64,000 bases of DNA from Podarcis filfolensis (taxonomy: Eukaryota). The notes below the pieces were generated by a model. The model ran no database searches, was not told the DNA's origin, and was given only the letters and a program-made list of their open reading frames with translations. The stretch lies in NCBI GenBank assembly GCA_964270895.1, contig OZ185446.1; one strand, written 5' to 3'. Shown in pieces: positions 35,295 through 46,833 of this stretch. The position numbers and the translations under genes are program-made. Within the stretch, counting starts at the first letter, position 1. Every line of letters begins with the position of its first letter.

Positions 35295-35408
35295 AAACCC
35301 AGTGGTCCATCTAGTTCTGTATTTTCTACAGTGACCAGCAGCAGCTCTCCAGGATTTCAGACCTCTCCCAGACCTACCTGGAGATGCTCTGCCACTGAGC
35401 TGCAGTCC
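35295..35408 (-). mobile_element. Degenerate Squam2-like SINE
   Basis: Similar to 16461-16580 (GCTCTCCAGGATTTCAG...CCACTGAGCT). Confidence 0.55.
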
Positions 35409-36489
35409 TGCCTTAGGGAAATGGGAGGGCACCACCTTGTCATTGCTGCAGGCAGCAAAATGCCATGGACCAGACCAGACATAATTGATACAAGTACAGA
35501 AGAATGTCCCTGTTTTCAGCTGTGAGTTGTTGGATTGTGTGCCCTGCATGTAAGCTAGCACTTGGCTGAGTACATTCTCAAGAGGCCTGCAGAGCTGAGT
35601 ATAAACTTTGTACCTAGCCTACAGCTACAATATTCCCTTTCTCAATATATTGAAGAGAGTCAAGCTACATAGCTGAAAACGATGTAGAAAAACCTCCACG
35701 GAATGTAGCACGTACGCACGCACACACACAAAAATTCCTGGCAGAGTGCTTTTTTCAGCTGTATCTCCCAATGCGCCCTTTTTTCAATTCGTAGACAAAT
35801 GAAAACTCAGAGATCCTGTATGGCAAAAAGTCTGTCATTGAGAGTGCTTGCACGGTTTTGACACATTAAGTAGTGCAGTGAATGTGTTGAGTATTCATTG
35901 TAAAAATGCTTAGAAGTGTTACAAAAATAGTTTTTGGACTCCAGGTTACAGGAGCAGAAAAGATGGAGGAAATTCCCATTGACTCATATCACTGAATGAC
36001 AGCTATTGGACCAATTTTATCTCTGCAGGTTCCAAGAACATCTTTCTCTCTTGCACATAGATTAGTTTAATTTGCTTTATCTACTGTTTAAAGACGTTTT
36101 CCACCTACAAATCTGCCAGAATTCAACAGCTTAACCTCCTATGCAAAGAGGAATGCTTATGTCATTCAAAACTGATAAGACAGACATTCTACTCCAGCTG
36201 TAGTTCTGTTTTAATAGTTGCCAATGAATTAGTATGAGTATCAGATTCTAATACTTCATCCCTCCCTCCCTCTCTAAATACTATTGTTAATCCAGTGGCA
36301 AACTTTCAAGATTATTGTGTTGGGTATTATAGTGCTATGAATAGTTTAATTGAATAACTAGGACCATATTATGTCGAAGGTACTTACTAACATACCTTTG
36401 AACAGCCAATGAGGACATCAGATTATTTTGTCACTTGAGAACATAATGAAGATAAAAAAAAAATGAAATTAGACCCATGGATCTAAGTT

Positions 36490-36843
36490 AGGTAAGGTAA
36501 AGGGACCCCTGACCATTAGGGCCAGTTGTGACCGACTCTGGGGTTGCGGTGCTCATCTCGCTTTATTGACTGAGGGAGCCGGCGTACAGCTTCCGGGTCA
36601 TGTGGCCAGCATGACTAAGCCGCTTCTGGCGAACCAGAGCAGCACACGGAAACGCTGTTTACTTTCCCACTGGAGTGGTACCTATTTATCTACTTGCACT
36701 TTGACGTGCTTTCGAACTGCTAGGTTGGCAGGAGCAGAGACCGAGCAACGGGAGCTCACCCCGTCGCGGGGATTCGAACCGCTGACCTTCTGATCGGCAA
36801 GCCCTAGGCTCTGTGGTTTAACCCACAGCGCCACCTGCGTCCC
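36490..36843 (-). mobile_element. Sauria SINE, full length
   Basis: Highly similar to 17220-17575, CpG-rich and young. Confidence 0.95.
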
Positions 36844-39242
36844 TGGGTGAAGCAGAGGTAACTTGTATTGTGGTATGAAAGGCTACGTTCCAGTTGCACA
36901 AAAACCAGAGGTTTCAATATCCACCTCTCTGCTCTCTCCATCCAGGCAAGCAAGAGGCATTATCACTGCTCAAGGACATATTTTAGAAAGGCGAAAATAA
37001 AATGAGGAGGACACAGAGCAGGGCTGAAGAGGTTTGTGGCCTGGTACATGTCTTGATGAGTGTCCTAAGGGTTGGATAGAAAGGCTGGAGAGGTGTGATG
37101 TTCCCCACCTCTGAAGTATAGGATTGCAGCGCTAGTATACAAAAACAATTGCATGGTGTTTGTCTTTGCCTTCTTTTATTACTCAATCCACCCACCCCCC
37201 ACCCCAGTGTTTTCATTGACAAGTGTGTTGCAGTACAAATGTTTCTCTCACATTTTAGGTACTTACACTTCCCCATATCTTTTATAGATCTATCGATTTC
37301 AGTCAAATTTGCTTCTCTCTGTGGGTGATGCCCATGAGGACTGAATGAACCATAAATTGCATAGAAGTTTCAGGTCAGGAAAGTTTTCCTTTCTTAAAAA
37401 GTGGACATAAATTCTTTTTGCATATTCACTTCTTTTCCCTGAGCGGACTTAGGCAAAATGGATGCCTTCCACAGAAATGTCCTCTGTTGTGTTTCTCTTC
37501 AGTACCATTTGCCTTTCAGTGCCCTTGTGCATGATGGTGGCTAATTATTGCATCCTGTATACATCTCTGTGCAAAATAGCCACACATAGAAAGCACGGAC
37601 TATTGAGGAATGCCTTGTCTCTCGCTGCATGCTTTCAGTGCCTTGTTTTCTATTCTGTCTTTCTCTTTTTGTCCAGAACTGAGTCCTTTCCCCTCGTGTT
37701 TGGCAGCTCAGGGCTATCTGCTGGTCTGGTTGGACCATATATAACATTGGGAAGAATAATGCGAAACTCTCCCAATATTATTTAATTTTAATTAACAGTT
37801 ACAGCCGTTCCGCATTCAAACACAATCTCTTCATCTCTCCACCCCCCCATCTTCTCCCCACATAGCACTGAAACATTTTTTAAAAAACAAAACAAAAAAA
37901 CAGTGCCCTCTGTAATAAATAAGGTTATTTGCCTGCCTGTTTGCTTTGCTTTTTAAAGATAAAGCTATCTGGCTAGGGCTATGTTAAGCATGAGTAAACC
38001 TGGACTTGTCCTCTTTCCAAATTGGATTTGGAATGCTTTCCTCTTTTATTGCTTTCCATTTTGCCGGCTGCCAAACCTCCCGCTAATATGCATAACATGG
38101 TTGTCATGGGAAGTACATAGCAACATGTCAAATCTATGGTTTGTGCTCCAGGAGGTGCTGTTGACATTGGAATGGATTCTGTACCCCCTCCCACTTGGCA
38201 CTGGATACAAGGAGGGGGGGGAAGAATCACAGCTGCTAGGAAATCAGTAAAGGGAGGCTGGAAATGATAAGATCAGCTCAAGAGTAACCTTAATTCCCCC
38301 CACCCTTTTACAATACCTGCATATATATTTTTTCCAGGATGGGGGCATAATTGCTTAGAGGGCATACCTTGTTTGCCTAAAACAGGTGAGCAAACCTTTT
38401 GAGGCAAATCTAAACTTTTGGAAAAGCCATTGTTGATGGGGGCTGAAAACATATTGGCCCAGAAACTGTCTCTGCTCCCCCTCCTTGTCTTCCTCCTTCC
38501 TGTCCTAGAGTTTCCGCAGGGTCCTTCCTCAGACTGGGGCATTGGGGGGACTGAAGTGAAATGGCCTCACTGAAGCACCACTGACTATATTGTGGTGGCA
38601 GCAGATAGCGTCTAAGATTTAAACAGCTCTTTGTCAAAGCTGCAAAGCTGTGGTGGCGCAGGAACTCTCAAGAACCACCTCATCACTCGGTGCCTCGCTC
38701 TGAAGAAGGGCCCTTCCTTGGATGGTTCACATTGGCTAATGGACCAGACCTGACCATAACCTTCTGTGATTTCCACATTCTATCCAAGCAATAAATACCC
38801 ATCACTGTGTCCTCATACTTAGACTTTTCAGTGTCTTCTGTCTCCATGTTGCCATTGCTTGTCTCAGCCATAGGACTAGAAAGGACCAAGAGGATCAAAC
38901 AATTGCAATTTCTTACGAATTCTTCTGATGTGCCATACTTTCCCCATCCCTCAAAGATGTGATCTCTTAGGGCAAAAAAGCAAAGCCGCTGTAACTTCAC
39001 CTATTTATTGCCCATACTGGCTTGGTCTGATGGGAGCTGGAATCTAGCAACATCTGAGTAGCCATAGGAGGTTCCCCATCCCTAAATGGAAAAGAGGACT
39101 GTTCACCAGTTCCCCTCATGAATTCAGTGACTTCATGAGAGGGAGAGAGCATGCCCATTACCCATGCCTCCTGACTGGCACTCAATTAACATTAAGGGAC
39201 GCTACACACATATGGTTGTAAGTGCAGATAGCTCCTCTATGT

Positions 39243-39378
39243 CAGTGTTTCTCAAACTTTGCTCCAGCTGTTTTTGGACTATAACACCCATCTTCCTTAA
39301 CTAGCTATACCAGTGGTTAGGGATGATGGAAATTGTAGTCTTAAAAAACAGGTGGAGACCTAAGTTTGGGAAACACTG
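39243..39378. mobile_element. hAT/Charlie-type MITE
   Basis: TIR CAGTGTTTCTCAAACTT / AAGTTTGGGAAACACTG, degenerate TSD CTCTATGT/TTTTATGT. Confidence 0.8.
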
Positions 39379-41404
39379 TTTTATGTGACCAGGAATCCTC
39401 CCTACCCCAGAGTCTCAAATCAAATGGAGGAGCCCTATGCACGAATATGCTCATAGCCCATCAACATTAAGTGTGTGGATGTTGGAGAGTTGGCCTGTGG
39501 CCAAGCTGACTTCAAGAGTGTGGCTAGAAGTTTCCTTCATTACAAGTTCACTAAACATGACGGGGGGATGAGTTAATAGTCCTGATGCCTGTTGATCTTT
39601 GGAGCAATTAAGTGTTCCACTGCTCATGCAAAGTTCTGCCGTAGCTCCCATATTTATTCTGCTGTCAATGCATGCAAATCCCTGACGATGAAGTGTATGG
39701 GACGGTCCTTGCCCGCAAGTGCTGTGCTGTGTGTACATGTGCATCAGAGCCACTGGATTGGAGCAAATGAGTCTGAATGCACATCTGGTCAAGGGAATCA
39801 TTTTACGGACCCTTCCATGCAGGAAAAAGATACCCACTACTGAAGAGAACTGGTTTTTATTTTCAAGTCATGCAGGCTATTTAAAACTCAGGAAATGGCA
39901 ACAAGAAATCTCGTATAGCTAACAAGCCTACTGACTGGAAATGATTGGTCATTTGGAGGAGCTGATCTTTAAATAAATGTCAAATAAAATCGCACTACAT
40001 CTCCTGGGAACACTTTATAAGGTGTTCTCACATTTGAAGATGGTTTGTACTATTTCCCGGTCTTTTAAGTGTTATTTATTACTGGAACCACCAAAGCAGC
40101 CAACGGGATGCTTTTTCACATCTGAGGATCAGCAGGAGTCTAAGAGATCCATTGTGCCTGACTGGCACTGAAATTGCTGGGGAATAGTTCCTCTGTACCT
40201 CACCCAATGCCATTGTGTGCCACTTTTGGTGTGCGTAGCTTATTGAGCTTGCCTTCTTCCCCAAGAAGAGGGGACTGGGAAGAGGGCGTTCCATTATTGT
40301 AACTTGTTTGGCCTCACAGTAAAACACAGCTGGGAAGAAGAATGTCTTGCCCCAAACACTGAATGAAGCTATAACTTGGAGGAGAAGCAAACATTCTAAG
40401 GAAGCCCCAACAGCCTTAAAAAACAAACCCCAAAACAGACGAGTTGAGGACATTCTGAGCAGTGAAGGGAAGGGATGCCCGCTGTAAGTTTATTTCCTTC
40501 TGTGAGGTTCAAGAAGAACACAATGAAGGGGAGGAGAACCTCAGGCCCAGGGGCCAAATGCAGCCCTCCGCAACTCTCTTTTTAGCCCTCCTTTTCCCTG
40601 ATTCTGCTCTGTGGATGCTTTTGCCTGGCTAGATTGCATTCTTGAACTGTGATCATTTCTATTTCTTGCTGGATGGAGAGGTGTGTGTGTAGGTTCTCCA
40701 TGGGGCAATGCAGCCCTGGAGCAGAAAACTGTTCCTCACCTGCAATGGAAATGAAGGTAAACATGCATCTAGGGTTGTTTATGTATGTATAGATGCATTT
40801 AGTGGGAATTAGCTTGAGTGGAGTAGAAAAATGGATGGCGGGAAAGAGGTTGAACACTTCTGTGATGCTCCAAAGTCTGTTGTTGTTATTGTTGTTGTTA
40901 GTAGTATATTAATATTTAATTTTATTAAGAGAATTTCAGTTGTAGAAAATGAAGTGAACAAATATTATTTAAAATGGGCACTGCCTTTTTTGGTGATGCA
41001 TAAACGGCTACCCGAATATGTAGGCATTTATTGCCAGACGTAGCAAGTTTTGAGATCAAGTTGTAAAGTTCAGCCTCCTCTGAAATCAATAGTATCTGGC
41101 AGTTGGGAATTCAAGTACTCTAGCATAACTGCTTTGACTTTCAAGCTCTCTCTCTCTCTCTGTGTATACACACTTGTGTGCATATGTGTGCATATATATC
41201 TACATATCTAAATATAATAACACAACATATTGATGTGGATGCTTATTGTAAACTGTAGTGATGGTGGTGGTAAGAGGCTGGCTCCACAGCTCTGCCTGAC
41301 AAGACTGAGGAAGGTCACCCTCTGATTCCAGAAAGGTCAGCTGAAGGTCAGAGATAATGGTTTCCCATAACAGGGATGCTAGTGCTGGGAAGGCCCCCTC
41401 ACAA

Positions 41405-41757
41405 GTAGGGATAACCTACCCAATTTGCATTATTCCAAACAATACCCAAACAAAACCACAGCAATATGTCAATTTTTGCACTTCTCTGAATTTTTCAGTG
41501 TAGTTCTCCAGCCAAGCAATGTGTGCAAAAATGCATGCACTAGAGTTAAACATGCATAAAAATGCCTTGTGTTAATGAAAATTATATATTTGGGAAAATT
41601 GCACACAAAAATATGTGTATTAGGGAAAAAATGCACTCAAATGCTGATCAATTTTCATGAGGATGTTAAAAAGAAAACTTTCAGAAACTGATGTGGAAAA
41701 GTAGAGAACTGAACTTAAGACTGGGATGAGAAAGGAAAGAAAAGTGACAGATTTGTC
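41405..41757 (+). mobile_element. AT-rich interspersed repeat (TAGGGATGG-ended family, unclassified)
   Basis: Shares blocks with 46130-46290 (minus) and 57236-57500. Confidence 0.55.
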
Positions 41758-41892
41758 TATCCACACTGATGGCGACCCATGAAGCTTCTAGCAATGGCAC
41801 TGCAGCCATTCCACTGCATATAAGTTTCTAAGTTAAGGCACAGAAGAGATATGGGGGCCTTTGGTAAGGAAGTAGTTCTTAATGCTCTGTAG

Positions 41893-42028
41893 CAGGCATC
41901 CCCAACCTGCGGCCCTCCAGATGTTTTGGCCTACAACTCCCATGATCCCTAGCTAACAGGACCAGTGGTCAGGGATGATGGGAATTGTAGTCCAAAACAT
42001 CTGGAAGGCTGAAGGTTGGGGATGCCTG
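41893..42028. mobile_element. hAT-type palindromic MITE
   Basis: TIR CAGGCATCCCCAACCT / AGGTTGGGGATGCCTG, internal ACTACAACTCCCA/TGGGAATTGTAGT arms, perfect TSD CTCTGTAG. Confidence 0.95.
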
Positions 42029-42752
42029 CTCTGTAGCATTCACACCCACCCTCCCCCATAAACAGAGAAGCTGTAAATATATTTTGCAGTTTTTATTTAG
42101 GGGTGTTGACACCAGGTGCTGAGAATGAATCAACTCATTGAGAAGACATTTGCAAGAGATGTATGGGGAGGGCGAAGACTCCATGGAGGTGTAATATATA
42201 ACCTTTTAAAAGATTCATAGGCCAAAAGACATATGGAACCCTGGAAAGGCATTTCTTGATTTATTAAGGCATCTGAGTAATCTTTTATCCGATCCAAATC
42301 TAGCATTCTAGAAAGGGAACCCATAACTCATTTAAAGAAAAATTAAGAGACTGTTAGTTTTTTTTAAAAAAGACTTTAAAAAAATCCCTATTATTGAATA
42401 GCAGATATGCAGCCTGATGCTATCCATGTATACTCTGTTGCAAGTCTCATTGTGGCTTACCCCTAAAGAAGCCTTTGTAAGATTGCAGCCCAAGTCTCAA
42501 AGCTTAGATAGGAAGCATGTATTCATTCCTTCCAGTTTTAAAAAGCAAGCCATCAGTTTACAGTGCTAAAATCTCAAAAGCAAAGTGAGATTGTGCTGTT
42601 TGTAATGATGGACGAGCTCCTTCCAACAGTTCGTTTTGTAACTGGTTCAGTTTTCTGAGCTTCCTAAGAGAAAGTTGTTGTTGTGGTTTTAATGTATTAC
42701 CCACCAGTTTTCAGGGTGGTTCACAGCATAAAAATACTAGATAAAACACACA

Positions 42753-42790
42753 TAATGATGATGATAATGATAATGATAATGATAATGATG

Positions 42791-42834
<44 letters not shown>

Positions 42835-42938
42835 TTATTTATACCCTGTCCATCTGGCTGGGTTTCCCCAGCCACTCTGGGCGGCTCCCAACTGAATATT
42901 AAAAACACAATACAGCATTAAACATTAAAAACTTCCCT
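42753..42938 (-). mobile_element. L2 3' end with long (ATGATA)n(ATA)n tail
   Basis: Family 3' UTR 'CCATCTGGCTGGGTTTCCCCAGCCACTCTGGGCGGC' next to the microsatellite tail. Confidence 0.92.
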
Positions 42939-42939
42939 T

Positions 42940-43300
42940 CATTCATTCATTCCGATTTATATAACACCCTTCATCACAAGATTTCAGGGCGGTTCACAAG
43001 ATAAAAATACAAGGTAAAAGCACAAATACTGTTAACAGCTAAAATAAAAACAACAAAATAACCCACCCTCCCACAAACATATTTAAAAGACTGTAGAATA
43101 TTAATCAGCCAAAGGCCTGGTTGTAGAGGAACACTTTTGCCTAGTGCCTAAAGACATAAAATGAAGGCGCCAGACGGACCTCCTTCGGGAGAGCATTGTA
43201 TAAATGGGGAGCCACACAGAAAAGGCTCACAAAGAAGGGCCTCAGATGATGAACACAGAGTCCTGGTTGGTTTATATGGGGAAAGGCGGTCCTTGAGGTA
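42940..43300 (-). mobile_element. Second, older L2 family 3' fragment
   Basis: Similar to 58100-58450 (ATTAATCAG.CAAAGGCCTGGTTG...TTTTGCCT.GTGCCTAAAGA). Confidence 0.7.
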
Positions 43301-44070
43301 TTTTACACAATAAAAACAAGAACAAACCTAACCAATAACTCCCCCTCACCCCTCACTCCACCCCTTCCACAAACACATTTAAAAGGTGTTTTAAAATTTG
43401 GCCGCAGGGTGGCCAAATTTTCCTACTGTCAGAATTGTGGGTTTTTTCCTAAAAAGGAATACCAATACTCTAGATAACTAAGAACCAAACCTGGCCCTTG
43501 AATGCATAGAGGCCAGACTGTCTCCGATACGTCTTGCCACTTAGAACTCTGACAAAAGAAAATCAGCCAGATTTGTTCACTGTTATTTGCATTTTTCCCC
43601 TCATTCAGGGACAGAAGTACATTTGTAATGGCTGCAGTGATTGAGAATATTCATCTCCTACTTTCAGCTGGCATGTTTACAAATGGCATGCCCTTGTTAC
43701 CAAGGGCAAAAATTCAGAGTGCAGCCTTCAACGTCAATATTCTTGGACAGAATAGAATTTGGACCATAACACTGGGATTTGATGCAAACATTGGTTCTCC
43801 TGCCTGCCCATTTTCATGTCCATCTGCTAGCATGGCATTTTGCCTAGCTACAGAGCTGTGGGCCAGCTGCAATAGATGTATTTAATAAGTGCAGGTAGTT
43901 TTCAGAAAAGACCTCTCAAATAGCAGCAAGAAACACATCTACTGGATTGTATGCACACCAATCAGAATCAATATAATGTCTGTTGATGCCAAACTAAAGC
44001 TCACTAAATGCATTGGTAATCTTTCTGCTTTGCACTGATAATCAGGCAATTCATATTCTCTTTCTTTCCC

Positions 44071-44120
<50 letters not shown>
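44071..44120. repeat. (CTTT)n microsatellite
   Basis: Read directly from the sequence. Confidence 0.97.
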
Positions 44121-44525
44121 AGAATCCTCTCCCTATGATCTTTAAAAACCACATATTTACATATTTATTCCGGCTAAAGTTATTTAAAGTAGATTAAAAT
44201 GAAAGAGAGTAAGCAAAAAGTATGGATTTTCCAGATTCCTCTACTCTTGTGGCTGCTTGAGAAGGCTAACTAAACAACTGAAGAACATTAATGCTTATAC
44301 TTAAATAAAACATTGACAATAGAGTCACACATAGAAATAAACACATGGGAATTACAACAATATGTTGCATTGTGTATTCTGCCGCTAAAAAGAAGTGCTC
44401 CTTTTCATGGTTCCAGCCAGACATCTCCTTCAAGCAGGAAATTTTTCTCTTCTTCTCCTTCTTCCTGGATTCCATTTTTCCTTTCCAGCTGTTTTGCTTT
44501 AAGCAGCTGCTGAGAATGCTGTTTG

Positions 44526-44826
44526 GGGCATCGTTCAGCCCGGACACTGAGGTCCAGCGCCGAGGGCCTTCCCTCACTGCGAGAAGTGAAGTTACAGGGA
44601 ACCAGGCAGAGGGCCTTCTCGGTAGTGGCGTCCGCCCTGTGGAACGCCCTCCCATCATATGTCAAAGAGGAAAACAACTATCTAACATTTAGAAGACATC
44701 TGAAGGCAGCCCTGTTTAGGGAAGCTTTTAATGTTTAATAGACTATTGTATTTTAATATTCTTTTGGAAGCTGCCCAGAGTGGCTGGGGAAACCCAGCCA
44801 GATGGGCAGGGTAGAAATAAATAATA

Positions 44827-44877
<51 letters not shown>

Positions 44878-44878
44878 G
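44526..44878 (+). mobile_element. L2 LINE 3' fragment with (ATT)n tail
   Basis: ORF HRSARTLRSSAEGLPSLREVKLQGTRQRAFSVVASALWNALPSYVKEENNYLTFRRHLKAALFREAFNV. Confidence 0.95.
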
Positions 44879-45120
44879 GTGGGGATTGTCTCCTTAGTTT
44901 TCTTTTTTCCAATTATTATTATTATTAATATTATTTGCATTTCTGCAAACCTTGGGCTTCTCCCAGATAAGACAGCCTTCTCCTCTTGATTCTCTGTGGC
45001 CCCAATTTGGCAACAAAACAGTAGTTGCTCACTACTTGAGTTCACTATTAGAAGGAGTGGTATGTGAAAATGTGTGCACTTGTATATTCTATTTTTATGT
45101 AATTCCTCCCCCCATGGTTC

Positions 45121-45267
45121 TAGAACCAATGTGGGGAATATTTGGTCCTCTGGGTGTTGCTGGACTACAAGTTCCATCATCCCCAATAGTGTGGCCCATG
45201 GCCAAGCATGATGGGAGCTGTAGTTCAGTAACATCTGGATGGTCAAAGGTTCTCTACAAATGCTCTA
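45121..45267. mobile_element. Degenerate palindromic MITE (same superfamily as 41893-42028)
   Basis: GGACTACAAGTTCCATCA / TGATGGGAGCTGTAGTTC inverted arms. Confidence 0.65.
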
Positions 45268-46129
45268 GTATGTTTCCTATCAAAGAAAGCCAAACAGATA
45301 ACCCTCCATGTTCATTGTTTCCCTCTATGCTTTGAGCCAAAATTCAGTCCAGTGTCCGTCTGCAATCTTTTCATCACTTCTTTGCCAGACAGGACAGAAA
45401 TGGGACACTGAATCACTATGAATTCCTTCCTTACTCATAGAGTGAGATGAGAAGAAGGCATTTTCAGGCTCATTATTACCTCAGGTTCAAAGAAGGCTTC
45501 CGAACATGATGTAGCCCCTCCAGTGCACCTTCTCCAAAGCCAACTTCTATAAATAAACCCGGCTGTCATCATATGAATGTGAAGCTCAGCTCTGCCTGCA
45601 TAGTTTTCACAGCACAGCACTTTCTATTCACTGGCCTTGTCTAAGGAATTGGAGTCAGAGCTGAAACATGTGCCTCCTTATAGCTGGCTCTTATATATGA
45701 AATTATAGCTTGGAGGGAAAGCTCATACAGTGGAATCGGCATTCTTCAAGGGACACAACCAGAGGGAACCATCTGTTTAATTTGGTTTTGCCATTGATAC
45801 AACTTTTAAAAATTATTTTTAGCAAACTGAGTAGGCACATGTCTATTCCTGCCTTCATTGTGCCCTCCATGCACTCAGCTGAAACATAGTTTGGCAGTAG
45901 TGCTAGGAAAACTACATTTCCCCATGTTCCTGATGGCTGGCATGCAGCTGGAACAGAATGCTAGATGCAAGAAGGCAGTGAAGAGACCTCTTTCCCGATC
46001 TCCCCTCGCCACCACTTCCAGGCATCAAGGCAGGGAAGTGGGTGAGTGTAAACCAGCAAAGTAGAACTTAAAACAGATTGGCTGGGGAAACTCAACCCGA
46101 TGGGCTTGTTATAAGACAACAACTCAGTA

Positions 46130-46290
46130 CACCTCTCTCAGCAACATATGTATTTTTTTGTGTTCATTTGTTGTGCTTCACAAAATTCAGAAAAGTGCAA
46201 ATTTTGAAACAGAGCTGTGCTTTGTTTTGCTTATACATTTGGGAAGCACATATTAGACTGAACAAATTTCTCCCCATCCCTATCTGCTGC
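46130..46290 (-). mobile_element. AT-rich interspersed repeat, terminal part
   Basis: Ends AAATTTCTCCCCATCCCTA, the reverse of the TAGGGGTGAGGGAGAAATTT start at 57236. Confidence 0.55.
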
Positions 46291-46793
46291 TATACAAGAC
46301 ATTAACATATAGATCTGAAACTTGGATCTCATACATACACCCCGCACAAAGAAAATAAAACTACCTACATCGTTTTTTAATATATGTATATATTGTCATT
46401 TTCAATAAACCGAACAGTTTGCAACAAAGGTGTTATTCTTCACAAGCAGAGGAAATGAAAAACAACAACAAAAAATTCAGAGTACCTCTAGTGTGGCTGG
46501 GACATCTGACAAGGGAGTAGGGGAGGGCAGAGTCTCTTACCAAAAGAGACAGAAAAGATTGGGTAGGTGGAGCTCTCAATCAGTTCACTTTTGTTAACAA
46601 ATTGAATAAAAGGAGACCAAATTTGATCCCCCACCAGCTTTGTCCTTCTCCTCTCTTGGGTCAAATTTCCATCCAAGACTAGTTGCCAAACTCTGTTGTA
46701 CCAAGATTTAAGGGAGAGATGTTTTGATTCTCTCCAGTTCCTGGCAATTTCTGAATAGCAGCCAGAGTGAAATGTTTGGCAGAAATCTCAACT

Positions 46794-46794
<1 letters not shown>

Positions 46795-46831
<37 letters not shown>
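46795..46831. repeat. (AC)n microsatellite
   Basis: Read directly from the sequence. Confidence 0.97.
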
Positions 46832-46833
<2 letters not shown>

